Source of the DNA: Magnetococcales bacterium
GTDB lineage: Bacteria; Pseudomonadota; Magnetococcia; Magnetococcales; JADGBX01
Assembly: GCA_015231265.1 (NCBI GenBank)
Contig: JADGBX010000003.1
Location: 2,829 to 66,828, forward strand
Length of the DNA: 64,000 nt
Reading direction: 5' to 3'
Translations under genes and position numbers: made by a program
The notes under the pieces: generated by a model
Told to the model about the DNA's origin: nothing
Database searches by the model: none
The model's input: the letters and a program-made list of their open reading frames with translations, nothing else
Part shown: one piece after another, positions 1 to 8,909 of the stretch
Layout: each line of letters starts with the position of its first letter
Position numbering within the stretch: position 1 is the stretch's first letter

Positions 1-208
1 CATCGTCGTCCCCTTAGGCATAGATGAAAGGTTCATACAACGCGAAACAGACGCGTCTCCATACATCTCTTGGAAAACGCTATCAGTGAATAAAACTGAG
101 CAGTATCTGGCATTATCCGTGAGGCAACCCATGGAGACATCACCCATTTGGGTGAGGAGTATCTTTTATTTTGGAAAAGGGGTCAGAAAGTGCACAGAGA
201 CAACGAAA

Positions 209-351
209 GAGCCTGTTGCAGAGTGGGGATTTTGGTCTTCAGGCAAGGCTTGCGGGTTTTGAGAATCGCTGCATACTCAAGTGTATGTGAGACTCGCAAA
301 AACACGCGTAACGCTGCATCAAGGCCACAAGTTCCACTCTGCAACAGGCTC
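209..351. mobile_element. Candidate 143-bp MITE or long-stem structured element: 18-bp perfect terminal inverted repeat flanked by GAAA on both sides
   Basis: gagcctgttgcagagtgg (209-226) is the exact reverse complement of ccactctgcaacaggctc (334-351). GAAA sits immediately outside both ends (205-208 and 352-355), as a 4-bp target duplication would. No ORF inside. Confidence 0.45.
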
Positions 352-384
352 GAAACAGACTGCAACCAGGGAGGCGTACTACTT

Positions 385-410
385 CTGAGCGTCACAGTGT
401 TCGAGAAATC
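385..410 (+). repeat. 26-nt dispersed repeat core (copy 1); second copy inverted at 10934-10959
   Basis: ctgagcgtcacagtgttcgagaaatc matches the reverse complement of 10934-10959 with one mismatch. Confidence 0.6.
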
Positions 411-424
411 GACACTCGGGGGTG

Positions 425-448
425 GGCTCATTGAGGACACGCCCTAAT
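425..448 (+). repeat. Solo terminal repeat of the GGGCGTGTCCTCAAT MITE family
   Basis: ggctcattgaggacacgccctaat is identical over 24 nt to 61701-61724 and matches the right end of the complete element at 11308-11326. It overlaps the stop codon of the minus-strand gene 444..1742. Confidence 0.7.
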
Positions 449-1742
449 TATACAACAGATACCGGCGACTCCCCTCGAACAGAGCATCCAGGGCATCATC
501 GTGATCCAAAGCGGCGGGTGTCTTGCGCATCCACACTGGTGAAGCCATCACCAGACGCACCAAATCGTGCTGCCTGGAGGTGTTGGTTTTGCCGAATACT
601 GCCTTGAGATGTGAACGGGCGGTGTTGTCGGTAATATCCAGAGCTGCGGCGGTTTCCTGGAGGGTGCGGCCCATAACCAACTGAGCGGTCAACTCAGCCT
701 CCCGACTGGTCAATCCAAACAGGCGCTGCACCAACTCCGGCGGCGTCTCCTGTGGCTGGGTTGGATCGGTGACGAACACCACCGCCAGAGGAATATCCAG
801 ATGATCCAAACCTGGCGGTAAACTGTTGTCGGAGAGGGGGGAGACCAGAATGGAGAGCTGTCCTTCGCCATGCTTCCGGCTGACAGCCAAGGTGCGGGAA
901 TCCACCGGTGATTTTGAACCCTCCCCTTTACCCACGGCCTTCTCCACAAGAGAGCGCAATGCGCGATTCCCTTGGGTACTTTGGAGGGTCAATCGTTCCG
1001 GTTGATCAAGAAATCCATCCCGCTCCTTCAAGAACGTTTGCGCCATGGCGTTGGAAAAGCGTATCTGGCATTGAGCATCCACAATGAACATGCCCAGGGG
1101 AATGTGGTCCAGTGCACTGGTGGCCATATGTTTATACAGCAGCGCTTCGCCCAACCGCTTTTGAATGGCAAAAGCGCGCTTGAGATGAGGCACCAACTCC
1201 CCCATCAGATCACACTCCTCTTGAGTGAACGCTTCCTTTTCCGGCGGACGAAACATCCCGAATCCGGTGAAGCTTTCATTTTTGGCATCCTTCAGCACCA
1301 CGAGCATGGAGTATTCGGCTCGGGAAAACTGCAACACATCCTTGTAAACCTGTGATTCATGCAACTCCTCGTCGGTCAGATAGAGCCGGCAAGAGATGGG
1401 TTTGCCGGGATACTGATTGCAGAGCTTGATACGCGGATCCTCCGCCATATGCTGCTCTTGCTTCTTCTGCAACGTATCGTTCCAGTGCATGTCACCATCA
1501 GAGAACAAAATTGAGACGTTGAACTGACCATTATTGTGGTCGAAATGGCCCATTTGTCCCGCATCCGCTTCCAACAGCGCGCAGGCACTTTTCAATGCTC
1601 GTTGCCAATGGGTGGGATCGATGGAGGCATCGTAGATGGCGTCGATCACATCCAGAATACGGCGGTTGATGGTTGTGTCTTTGTTGGTCATTATGTTTAA
1701 CTCACTATCATAAAAAATATCTATTGCATTACCCCTGAACAA
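444..1742 (-). CDS. LuxR/FixJ-family transcriptional regulator, with a large N-terminal sensory (PAS-like) region and a C-terminal HTH
   Basis: 432-aa ORF. C-terminus LTSREAELTAQLVMGRTLQETAAALDITDNTARSHLKAVFGKTNTSRQHDLV is a typical LuxR-type HTH (GerE). The N-terminal part was not assigned more precisely. Confidence 0.8.
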   Translation of the reverse strand: MFRGNAIDIFYDSELNIMTNKDTTINRRILDVIDAIYDASIDPTHWQRALKSACALLEADAGQMGHFDHNNGQFNVSILFSDGDMHWNDTLQKKQEQHMAEDPRIKLCNQYPGKPISCRLYLTDEELHESQVYKDVLQFSRAEYSMLVVLKDAKNESFTGFGMFRPPEKEAFTQEECDLMGELVPHLKRAFAIQKRLGEALLYKHMATSALDHIPLGMFIVDAQCQIRFSNAMAQTFLKERDGFLDQPERLTLQSTQGNRALRSLVEKAVGKGEGSKSPVDSRTLAVSRKHGEGQLSILVSPLSDNSLPPGLDHLDIPLAVVFVTDPTQPQETPPELVQRLFGLTSREAELTAQLVMGRTLQETAAALDITDNTARSHLKAVFGKTNTSRQHDLVRLVMASPVWMRKTPAALDHDDALDALFEGSRRYLLYN

Positions 1743-1894
1743 TCCGGGTCAGACGGATCATTCGACGGACTCAATAGGTTGTGTTCGTTATAAATAATGG
1801 ATAATAAGCTGCCACCAACCCCAAGTGGGCGCTCTCTTCTTGGTAGTCGTCGGCTATTCTTTCAGGATTTACCAGGAATATCTAGTTGATGTGG

Positions 1895-1921
1895 GTATGT
1901 TTATTTCAGTATGTTTATTTC
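1895..1921. repeat. Direct repeat gtatgtttatttc x2 separated by 1 nt
   Basis: Read directly: 1895-1907 and 1909-1921 are identical. It lies in AT-rich DNA between the LuxR-type gene start and a transposase remnant. Confidence 0.7.
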
Positions 1922-2139
1922 GGGTGCTATCTTCCCACTATTCTTGTTGCCTACCATCCCTGCAACGAATTTGAACCACATTATGCCCAAGTGGCAGCAT
2001 TCACGCCACTACCATCTCTGAAATCGCCTTAATAATCCCATTCGGATCTCTCTGAAGAGACACTTGATCCAGCCAAAGACATGTTCAGCCTATCATCAGC
2101 CCCGCTTTACCATGATTTTCAATGGGCTCTCTGATTCTA

Positions 2140-2520
2140 TATCCCTCCATGGCAAGATGGACAAGCGACCTTTTTGGTCACGGACAACGGCTCATCATTA
2201 TTGGCCAAACGGTTCCAGGAGTTCATCTCTGACAGTTTCCAGCATGTCCGCATTCAGTATCGGACGCCGACCCAGTTGGCATTGCTGGAGCGCTTTCACA
2301 AGACACTCAAACATGAGGAGATGTATTAGGTGTTTAGTCCCGCGCAATGTCGGGAATCATTGGAGAAATATCGCATCACTAACACCACATCCATCCACAT
2401 TGGGCGTTAAAGCCAAAAGAGGGTGGTGATCCACTCACGCCAGAAAATGTCTATGCAAAAGGGGCGACTGTCACGATCCAGAAATGGCAACACTGGGCCA
2501 GAACCGCCAAGGAGTAATTG
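2140..2520 (+). pseudogene. Decayed transposase, integrase-core (rve) C-terminal part, IS481/IS3-like
   Basis: Piecing frames together gives LVTDNGSSLLAKRFQEFISDSFQHVRIQYRTPTQLALLERFHKTLKHEEMY*VFSPAQCRESLEKY, then after a frameshift TTRPHWALKPKEGGDPLTPENVY. This follows the DNG..F...GI.H...P..PQTNGK.ERFH.TLK pattern of rve transposases. It has an in-frame TAG at about 2326, at least one frameshift, and no N-terminal half. Confidence 0.7.
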
Positions 2521-2636
2521 GATGAAATGATGGAGAAAGATGCTCTCAAAGAGGCAGCATGAGCATCACCAAGCAAACCCGTCTATTCCGTTTCCAGTTG
2601 ATCTGGGGAGCAAGACAATCTCTCGGGACTCAACAC

Positions 2637-4322
2637 TCAGCGATACTGTTTGACCAGTTGGTAGAGGGGGAGGAGGTTATTCTTGCCAAACCGTTCCCAG
2701 CGTGCCACGGAGTCGGTATAGATCGGCTTACGTACCTGGACGATACTGGCGGTTTTGACCAGACGTTTGTTGCGGTGAAATTGGAGAACCTTTGGGTTCC
2801 AGGGTAGGCCGACATATTCGAGAACTCTTCGGGCTTGGGGCTCAAAATCGGCGACCACCTCTTCGTAGTGGACATCAAGGAGGGTTCCGGGGGGAAGAAC
2901 CTGGTGCCAGTGGTCCATATAGGCCATATATCGCTGGTAGTAACGACCGAGATTGCCTAAATCATACGTGAACTCCATGGTGTTCTTGAAGTGACGGCTA
3001 AAGCAGGAGAAACAGGAGTCCATGGGGTCACGCATGGAGTGGATGATTTTAGCGTGGGGCATCACCAGATGAATGAGGCCGATGTAGTGGAAGTTGGCCA
3101 ACATTTTATCGGAGATGTAGCGTTTATTAGGATGATCCTGCCACAGTTGGTCGCAATAGGCTTTACCTATGTTTTGCCAGTTTTGGGGAGAATCCCCGGT
3201 AAGCCAGAGGGGAAATGCGGGGCTGTTGGGCGGAGTGTGGCCTTTAACCAGGGCGTCCAGGGTATGGATCTCTCCAGCGCCATGGAGAGCGGGATGGGTC
3301 GAGATGATCTGTTCAATTAAGGTTGAACCCGAACGAGGCATGCCGACAATAAATACCGGAACTCTTTCAGGGTCGTGCTCACCCTTAATCTGCTCTCGCC
3401 ATTGATCAATGGACTCTTTACTGAAAAGGCTCCGGGTTTGATCCAGATGTTGGTTGGCTGCGGTCTCGTTGGAAGAGAAGAGCCCATTTTGAAGACGGTT
3501 TCCCTCGGCATAAGCATCAAATGCGCGTTGATACTGTTTTGTATCTTCCAGCGCTTTTCCCAAGGAGAAAGCAAAACGTATGCGGGCATTGAGGGGAAGC
3601 TGGTGGACCGTTGGAGCAAGGGTTTCCAGGTGCGTATAGTGAGGGTCATCCAGGGTATAGGTTTTGATGGTGCTGAGGTTGTTATGGGCTTCGATAAAAT
3701 AGGGATGAACCGCAATAGCCTGATTGAATGCTTCACGGGCCTTTTTTAGATTGCCCGTTTCCGAAAAGAGAACGCCTCGGTTGTTTTGTGCTTCTGCATG
3801 TTGAGGGTTGATATCCACCGCTTTTTGATAGGCTTTCAGGGCCTCTTCTGTATCGCCCTCTTTTTCCAGAACCGCCCCCAGGTTGTTCCAGGAAAAGCCA
3901 TGTTGGGGGTCGATCTCCAGCGCCCGCCGATAGTACTTTTTGGCCTCTTCGTGCTGCTGGTTATCGGCCAGTGCCAGTCCCAAATTATAGTGGGCATCCA
4001 GATCGTGGGGGAGAAGGGTGGTGGCAACTCTTCCCGCCTTGATGGCCTCGTTCAAGCGTCCTTGGCGACGACAGATCTCGCCATAGTTTCGTTGATAGAT
4101 GGGCTGTTCAGGATCCAAGGCCACCGCTTGGGCAAACAGAGCCAAAGCAAGGGGTGCACGGTCGCTCTCAAGGGCAAGGAGAGCCCATGCGGAATAAGCA
4201 GGATGGTAGAGGGGGTGTTGGGCGAGAATCTGGTTGTAGAGCTTCTCTGCATTTGCACTCTCCCCCTGGGCTTGATGTTGAGCCGCTTGCTGCATTACAT
4301 CTTCGAGAGAGTGTGGTGTCAT
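2637..4322 (-). CDS. TPR-repeat protein fused to a sulfotransferase domain
   Basis: 561 aa. The N-terminal half has repeated TPR-like A..Y..AL...P units. The C-terminal half has VPVFIVGMPRSGSTLIEQI (PAPS 5-prime phosphosulfate-binding loop) and a RDP..S..S type motif. The start is 3 nt after the autotransporter stop. Confidence 0.8.
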   Translation of the reverse strand: MTPHSLEDVMQQAAQHQAQGESANAEKLYNQILAQHPLYHPAYSAWALLALESDRAPLALALFAQAVALDPEQPIYQRNYGEICRRQGRLNEAIKAGRVATTLLPHDLDAHYNLGLALADNQQHEEAKKYYRRALEIDPQHGFSWNNLGAVLEKEGDTEEALKAYQKAVDINPQHAEAQNNRGVLFSETGNLKKAREAFNQAIAVHPYFIEAHNNLSTIKTYTLDDPHYTHLETLAPTVHQLPLNARIRFAFSLGKALEDTKQYQRAFDAYAEGNRLQNGLFSSNETAANQHLDQTRSLFSKESIDQWREQIKGEHDPERVPVFIVGMPRSGSTLIEQIISTHPALHGAGEIHTLDALVKGHTPPNSPAFPLWLTGDSPQNWQNIGKAYCDQLWQDHPNKRYISDKMLANFHYIGLIHLVMPHAKIIHSMRDPMDSCFSCFSRHFKNTMEFTYDLGNLGRYYQRYMAYMDHWHQVLPPGTLLDVHYEEVVADFEPQARRVLEYVGLPWNPKVLQFHRNKRLVKTASIVQVRKPIYTDSVARWERFGKNNLLPLYQLVKQYR

Positions 4323-4325
4323 GGT

Positions 4326-7181
4326 TTAAAAAGCCAGGCGTAGTTTCAGTGATGCGGTATGGTTGAGATAATCCTCACGTCCTTCGGCATCGTAGTGAAC
4401 ATTAACCACCATGTTGTCTGTGTTGTCGTAGGTGAGACCTAGCCCTGCTTTTCCTATCCAGGAGGGGGTTTCCATGCCCTGGGTTTGGAAGGTGGTTTGA
4501 GGCGCAGCAGCATAGGCGGCCACCACCGTTCCTTGGTCTGCCAGAAAATCATACCCAGCACCGAGATTGGCTGCAATGGCGAGGTTTTGGTCCAGCTTGT
4601 GGGTATATTTGCCGTCCACACCGAGAATCAACTCATCCGAAGTCGACTCCTCCACTTTTAGATTGAGCGAATTCGCACCTTGTTCCACATAGCGCTCGCT
4701 GCGAGTCACGGTATAGTCGGCTCTCAGGGCAGTCGTGATGGAGGAGTGCTCATTCTGTTTGAAGACTTTTCCCACTCCTCCTGCCATATGGAATGAAAGG
4801 CTCTGATAATCGGCTTCGGCTATGCGGCTAATGGTGCCAAAATTGATCGTCCGACTGCCCTCATTGTGATGGGAGCTGAGGTCTAATTGAAGGTTCGCCT
4901 CCAGGGTAGGATCGATGACACGACTGCCATAAGCAATGAGTTGATTGGTTTTCACGCGGGCTTTTTGAGGACTTGCCTGGTTTTTACCGTTGATGTTGGA
5001 GAAGGCGTAGGCGGTGGCGAATCCCACGTTATAGTGAGGACTGATATCTTTGTCCCATCCCAGGACCAGGCCTGCGGTCGTGGCATCATAGCCGGTCACT
5101 CCACCTCGATTAGACTGGTCAGTGAGCGAGCCGAAGGTTTTGGCCCAGCCATTTCCGCTAATCATGAAATCTTCACCGGTGGAGAGCCCGCCAGCCCCCG
5201 TCTGACGCGCTTGGACGATGCGGTTAACGTTATGCATTGCGTTGGAAGTTGCGTTGGAGAGTCCCCCGGTCATGATGGGGAGCGTCTGCGTCACCGCATC
5301 GTCCATTTCACTGGCGTTCAAGGATAAAAGGGAGTTCATGACGGTGTTCATGTCATCGCCCATGTTGCCACCATCAACAATTGTTTGAAGAGTTGTTGCA
5401 GCTCCTACTGCTTGAGGACTGATGATGGTTATAGGGGTTGATGTGGCTGTCACATCCAGAGTATTTCCGTTAATCGTCATGGTGAAGTCATAAAGAGCCG
5501 AGTTATCAGTGACTGTAAAGGTGGTCGCATTGAGCGTCGTCGCACCAACCATGCTACTGAAGGTGTTACCATTGCTGATTCCTGCACCCTGGTCTTTTAC
5601 ATCCAGGACAATGCTTGCATTGGCGGGGAAGTTGGCGGTGCCGGTGATGGTTAATGTGCTGAATGTGGTGCTGTTTTTAACGGCCATGTTGAGGGAACCG
5701 GTTGATGTCTGGGTATAGGTTCCGGTCATGGTTGAGGCGCCGGAGCTACCGGTGGTGGCAAGACTTCCCGAGGTGGTGCCGGTTTTCAGATAGAGTGTAC
5801 CGCTATTATTGATATCAAGGGTTCCCCGGATCAGTCCGGCAATAGATCCTCCGGCATTGTTGGTCACTGCGGTGTCCATTCCACTGCCGGTGGTGAGGGA
5901 GATGCTATAGTTTGCGCCCTGAATGGTGCCGCTATTATTGATCCCCCCATTAAGATTAGAGGTTTTCATAGCTGTAATAGCATTTCCGCTGCTGCCGATG
6001 ATGGATCCGGTATTGGTGATGCCAGCGGTTATGCTTGAATTCGTGGCGAGCAGGATGCCGTGCTGGGGAGCTGTAATGGTGCCGCTGTTAATGATGGATC
6101 CGGTTATGGAGGCTAATGAAGAGTTGAGCGCGATGCCGCCGCGGTCGGTCTGGTTAGCGGTTCCGGTAATGGTGCCGCTGTTGTCGATGTTTCCTGTTAT
6201 GGTCCCTTTTAAATCAAGATGAATGCCACTGGGACCTGTGACCGTTCCTGTATTGATGATATTGCCTGTCATACCGGCTGTTTTAAATATATCGATGCCT
6301 GCAAACCCTGAGGTGGACGCAAGAATGGAGCCGCTGTTGGAAATGTTGCCATTCAAGGTGGCTTTGGTATAGAGGGCGATACCATTCCAGTAAGCGTTGA
6401 TTTGTCCGGTGTTCGTAATAGTGCCGGTCATCACTGTGCTTGAGGATAACAGGACGATGCCATCGCCGTTGCTCGTTCCGGAAACAGTAATGGTTCCATT
6501 ATTGGTAATGTTGCCGTTAATCGTTGATGCGGTGGCGAGTCGGATGCCCGTTTGATCAGTGGTTATGGTGCCGTCGTTGGTAATATCTCCGGTTAAGGCT
6601 GAGCTGGAGCCGAAAAGTATGCCGAAGCCTCCGCTGGAGTTGATGGTCCCGGTGTTGCTGATGTTGCCGTTCATGGTGATGGTGGCTGTGAGATGAATGC
6701 TTGCCGCGCTGCTGGAGATGGTACCGCTGTTGGTGATGTTGCCTACGGTTACACTGCTGGTCAGCTTGATACCCGAATTGTTGGTGCTGGTAATGGTACC
6801 GCTGTTGCTGATGGTGCCGATGACAGCTGACGATGCAAAGATTGCGGGAACATTTTGTGCGTCTGAGGGCGCAATGGAGCCTGAAGAGGTGATATCGACA
6901 CTTTCTCCTGCATCGAGTTGACAGTTGTTGGTGTCAGCCTGGGCTGTAGAGACGCTGTTACTTCCTCCCACGGTGCAGATGTCTGTTGCCGCATGGAGGG
7001 GGGGTTGGTAGAGCAGTATCCCCAAAGTGATGGCGAAGGTGGCGACCGATGCTTTTGGTAGAGTAAACGTTTTGTTAAGGAGTTGTTTCGCTTCTTTTTT
7101 GTACAAGGCATCGCTTCTCGTCAAGTTGAGAGGAAGGAGAGCCATTGCGCGTTTTCGTGAGCCACTCTTACCGATAGCCAT
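4326..7181 (-). CDS. Autotransporter (type Va) outer membrane protein with a beta-helical passenger
   Basis: 951 aa with a long N-terminal signal region. The passenger is built of about 20 degenerate (I/T)xNxGTI(T/S) repeats. The C-terminal roughly 280 aa have alternating beta-barrel character and end in LKLRLAF (terminal aromatic). Confidence 0.85.
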   Translation of the reverse strand: MAIGKSGSRKRAMALLPLNLTRSDALYKKEAKQLLNKTFTLPKASVATFAITLGILLYQPPLHAATDICTVGGSNSVSTAQADTNNCQLDAGESVDITSSGSIAPSDAQNVPAIFASSAVIGTISNSGTITSTNNSGIKLTSSVTVGNITNSGTISSSAASIHLTATITMNGNISNTGTINSSGGFGILFGSSSALTGDITNDGTITTDQTGIRLATASTINGNITNNGTITVSGTSNGDGIVLLSSSTVMTGTITNTGQINAYWNGIALYTKATLNGNISNSGSILASTSGFAGIDIFKTAGMTGNIINTGTVTGPSGIHLDLKGTITGNIDNSGTITGTANQTDRGGIALNSSLASITGSIINSGTITAPQHGILLATNSSITAGITNTGSIIGSSGNAITAMKTSNLNGGINNSGTIQGANYSISLTTGSGMDTAVTNNAGGSIAGLIRGTLDINNSGTLYLKTGTTSGSLATTGSSGASTMTGTYTQTSTGSLNMAVKNSTTFSTLTITGTANFPANASIVLDVKDQGAGISNGNTFSSMVGATTLNATTFTVTDNSALYDFTMTINGNTLDVTATSTPITIISPQAVGAATTLQTIVDGGNMGDDMNTVMNSLLSLNASEMDDAVTQTLPIMTGGLSNATSNAMHNVNRIVQARQTGAGGLSTGEDFMISGNGWAKTFGSLTDQSNRGGVTGYDATTAGLVLGWDKDISPHYNVGFATAYAFSNINGKNQASPQKARVKTNQLIAYGSRVIDPTLEANLQLDLSSHHNEGSRTINFGTISRIAEADYQSLSFHMAGGVGKVFKQNEHSSITTALRADYTVTRSERYVEQGANSLNLKVEESTSDELILGVDGKYTHKLDQNLAIAANLGAGYDFLADQGTVVAAYAAAPQTTFQTQGMETPSWIGKAGLGLTYDNTDNMVVNVHYDAEGREDYLNHTASLKLRLAF

Positions 7182-7841
7182 GAGAAATAGTTCCTTAATG
7201 GATCAATAGTTATGCAATATACGATAAAATAATAAATCTACGACTAAATATCTGGGCAGCATAAGGGTGAACAGGGTGTTGAATTAGTTTGGTTATATAT
7301 CCTCTATCAAGAGACCAAGTGCATACACAAAACCGTTATGCCACTACTACATCATGTTTCTCATTGGTCTTAAGAGTCGTGGACAATTGTTCGGGTAACC
7401 GCACGATCCCGGTGCGTGACGTCAGGTGTTTTCTGTCATTTATCCAGATACTCTCTTTCGCCCCTAAATAGGAGTAGGTAGTAAAAAATGGGTGTTCGAT
7501 AGTATTTATCAGTATTGTGATGATGGTGCTGATTACCATTTGGTTGTCTGCCATAAGTGCACAACAGACGACCATCGCAATCAGGGTACGACACTCCTGC
7601 AACAGCCATCTCCTGGCCCCTTTCACATGCCGAGAAGATGCTGAACATTCTGTTGATTAGACATAATAATAATAAACCAATGCACTGCTAATGCCTTGAT
7701 TAATGAGTGTAAATAGTTAACAATCTAGTTGGTTGTGATAGTCAATATCTCTCTGGTTGATAAGGATAAGAGAATAAACGGCTTGGCCTGAAAGTTGAAC
7801 GATACACTCACAAATTGCATTATGGCTGATCCGTTTCTCAC

Positions 7842-8630
7842 TTGGCAACTGACAAGTCTTACAGGTGTGTTATGATAGAAGTATCAGAAAAAATACGTAT
7901 AGTTGACTTATTTGTCGATCAACTCAATCATATTCATTCGATTGAGCAGTTCATAAGCGGTATTCCACAGTTAATGTATCTGTTTGAGTTTGAGACATGG
8001 GCTTACAGCGTTAAACTACCGGATTATTTGGGCGGGGACCTTGCTGGTTTTTCTAACTGGGATGATGAGTTTGTTCAGCGTTACAAAGATATACATGAAC
8101 CACATTGCCCTCATCTACGCCACCTGTGGCGCTCCCACTTGCCATTGACATATCAAACCGAGTGGCTCCAAAGCTATGTAAAAGGCATCTCTTATCTACC
8201 GGAGGGTGAGCAAAACCTGCTGGCTGAAACGCTTGATTTCAGGTATTTTGGCAACGGTCTTTCTGTACAGATTCACGGTATTTATGGTGATAAGGGCGTA
8301 TTGACTGTCACAGATCGTAGTATTCAACGTGTAAATGACAAAAAGGTCCGCATATTTCTTCCAATTGTGCAATCAATTCTACCTTACATCCATGAAAAAT
8401 TTATTAGTCTTTCAGAAGTTTGTACTGTAGGAGGGCCGTCCTGTTTAACTGTTCGAGAACGGGAGTGTTTAAGCTGGACGTCAGAAGGAAAAACAGCCTG
8501 GGAAATCGCTCAGATACTTCATTTATCTGAAAGAACGATTGTCTTTCATCTATCAAATGCAACGAAAAAACTCAACGCAACAAATAAAGTACATGCCGTT
8601 GCCAAAGCAATATTATTCAAACACATATAG
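7842..8630 (+). CDS. LuxR-family regulator with an autoinducer-binding-like N-terminal domain (LuxR solo)
   Basis: C-terminus LTVRERECLSWTSEGKTAWEIAQILHLSERTIVFHLSNATKKLNATNKVHAVAKAI is a classic quorum-sensing LuxR HTH. The N-terminal roughly 170 aa have the size of an AHL-binding domain. The track start is TTG; an ATG at 7872 (MIEVSEK) is an alternative. No LuxI-type gene is in the window. Confidence 0.8.
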   Translation: MATDKSYRCVMIEVSEKIRIVDLFVDQLNHIHSIEQFISGIPQLMYLFEFETWAYSVKLPDYLGGDLAGFSNWDDEFVQRYKDIHEPHCPHLRHLWRSHLPLTYQTEWLQSYVKGISYLPEGEQNLLAETLDFRYFGNGLSVQIHGIYGDKGVLTVTDRSIQRVNDKKVRIFLPIVQSILPYIHEKFISLSEVCTVGGPSCLTVRERECLSWTSEGKTAWEIAQILHLSERTIVFHLSNATKKLNATNKVHAVAKAILFKHI

Positions 8631-8909
8631 ATTTCTACTTGGTGGCCCACCAGCATTCCATGATGCAACCCCCAGGGCCGTTCAGTTTTCATCTCACCTC
8701 CTCCATATTCAGAACCAGATCGGGGGAGAGCGCATTCTCATACAATGCTTGGCTGATGCTCGTAGCGCCTGATTTTCGTAATATGTTCAAGGAAAAACTA
8801 CGGATCCTGGCTTCTATTCCAGACTTCAGGTTACACAGACCCGCTATATTAACCGTACACTACTGGATACGCACCAATTTCGAGGATTGGTGTAACTTCC
8901 TAGGTGTCA

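Noticed and set aside
209-351. Retron msr/msd interpretation of the 18-bp inverted repeat
   Set aside because: There is no reverse transcriptase gene anywhere in the window, and the repeat is flanked by a 4-bp direct duplication, which fits a MITE better.
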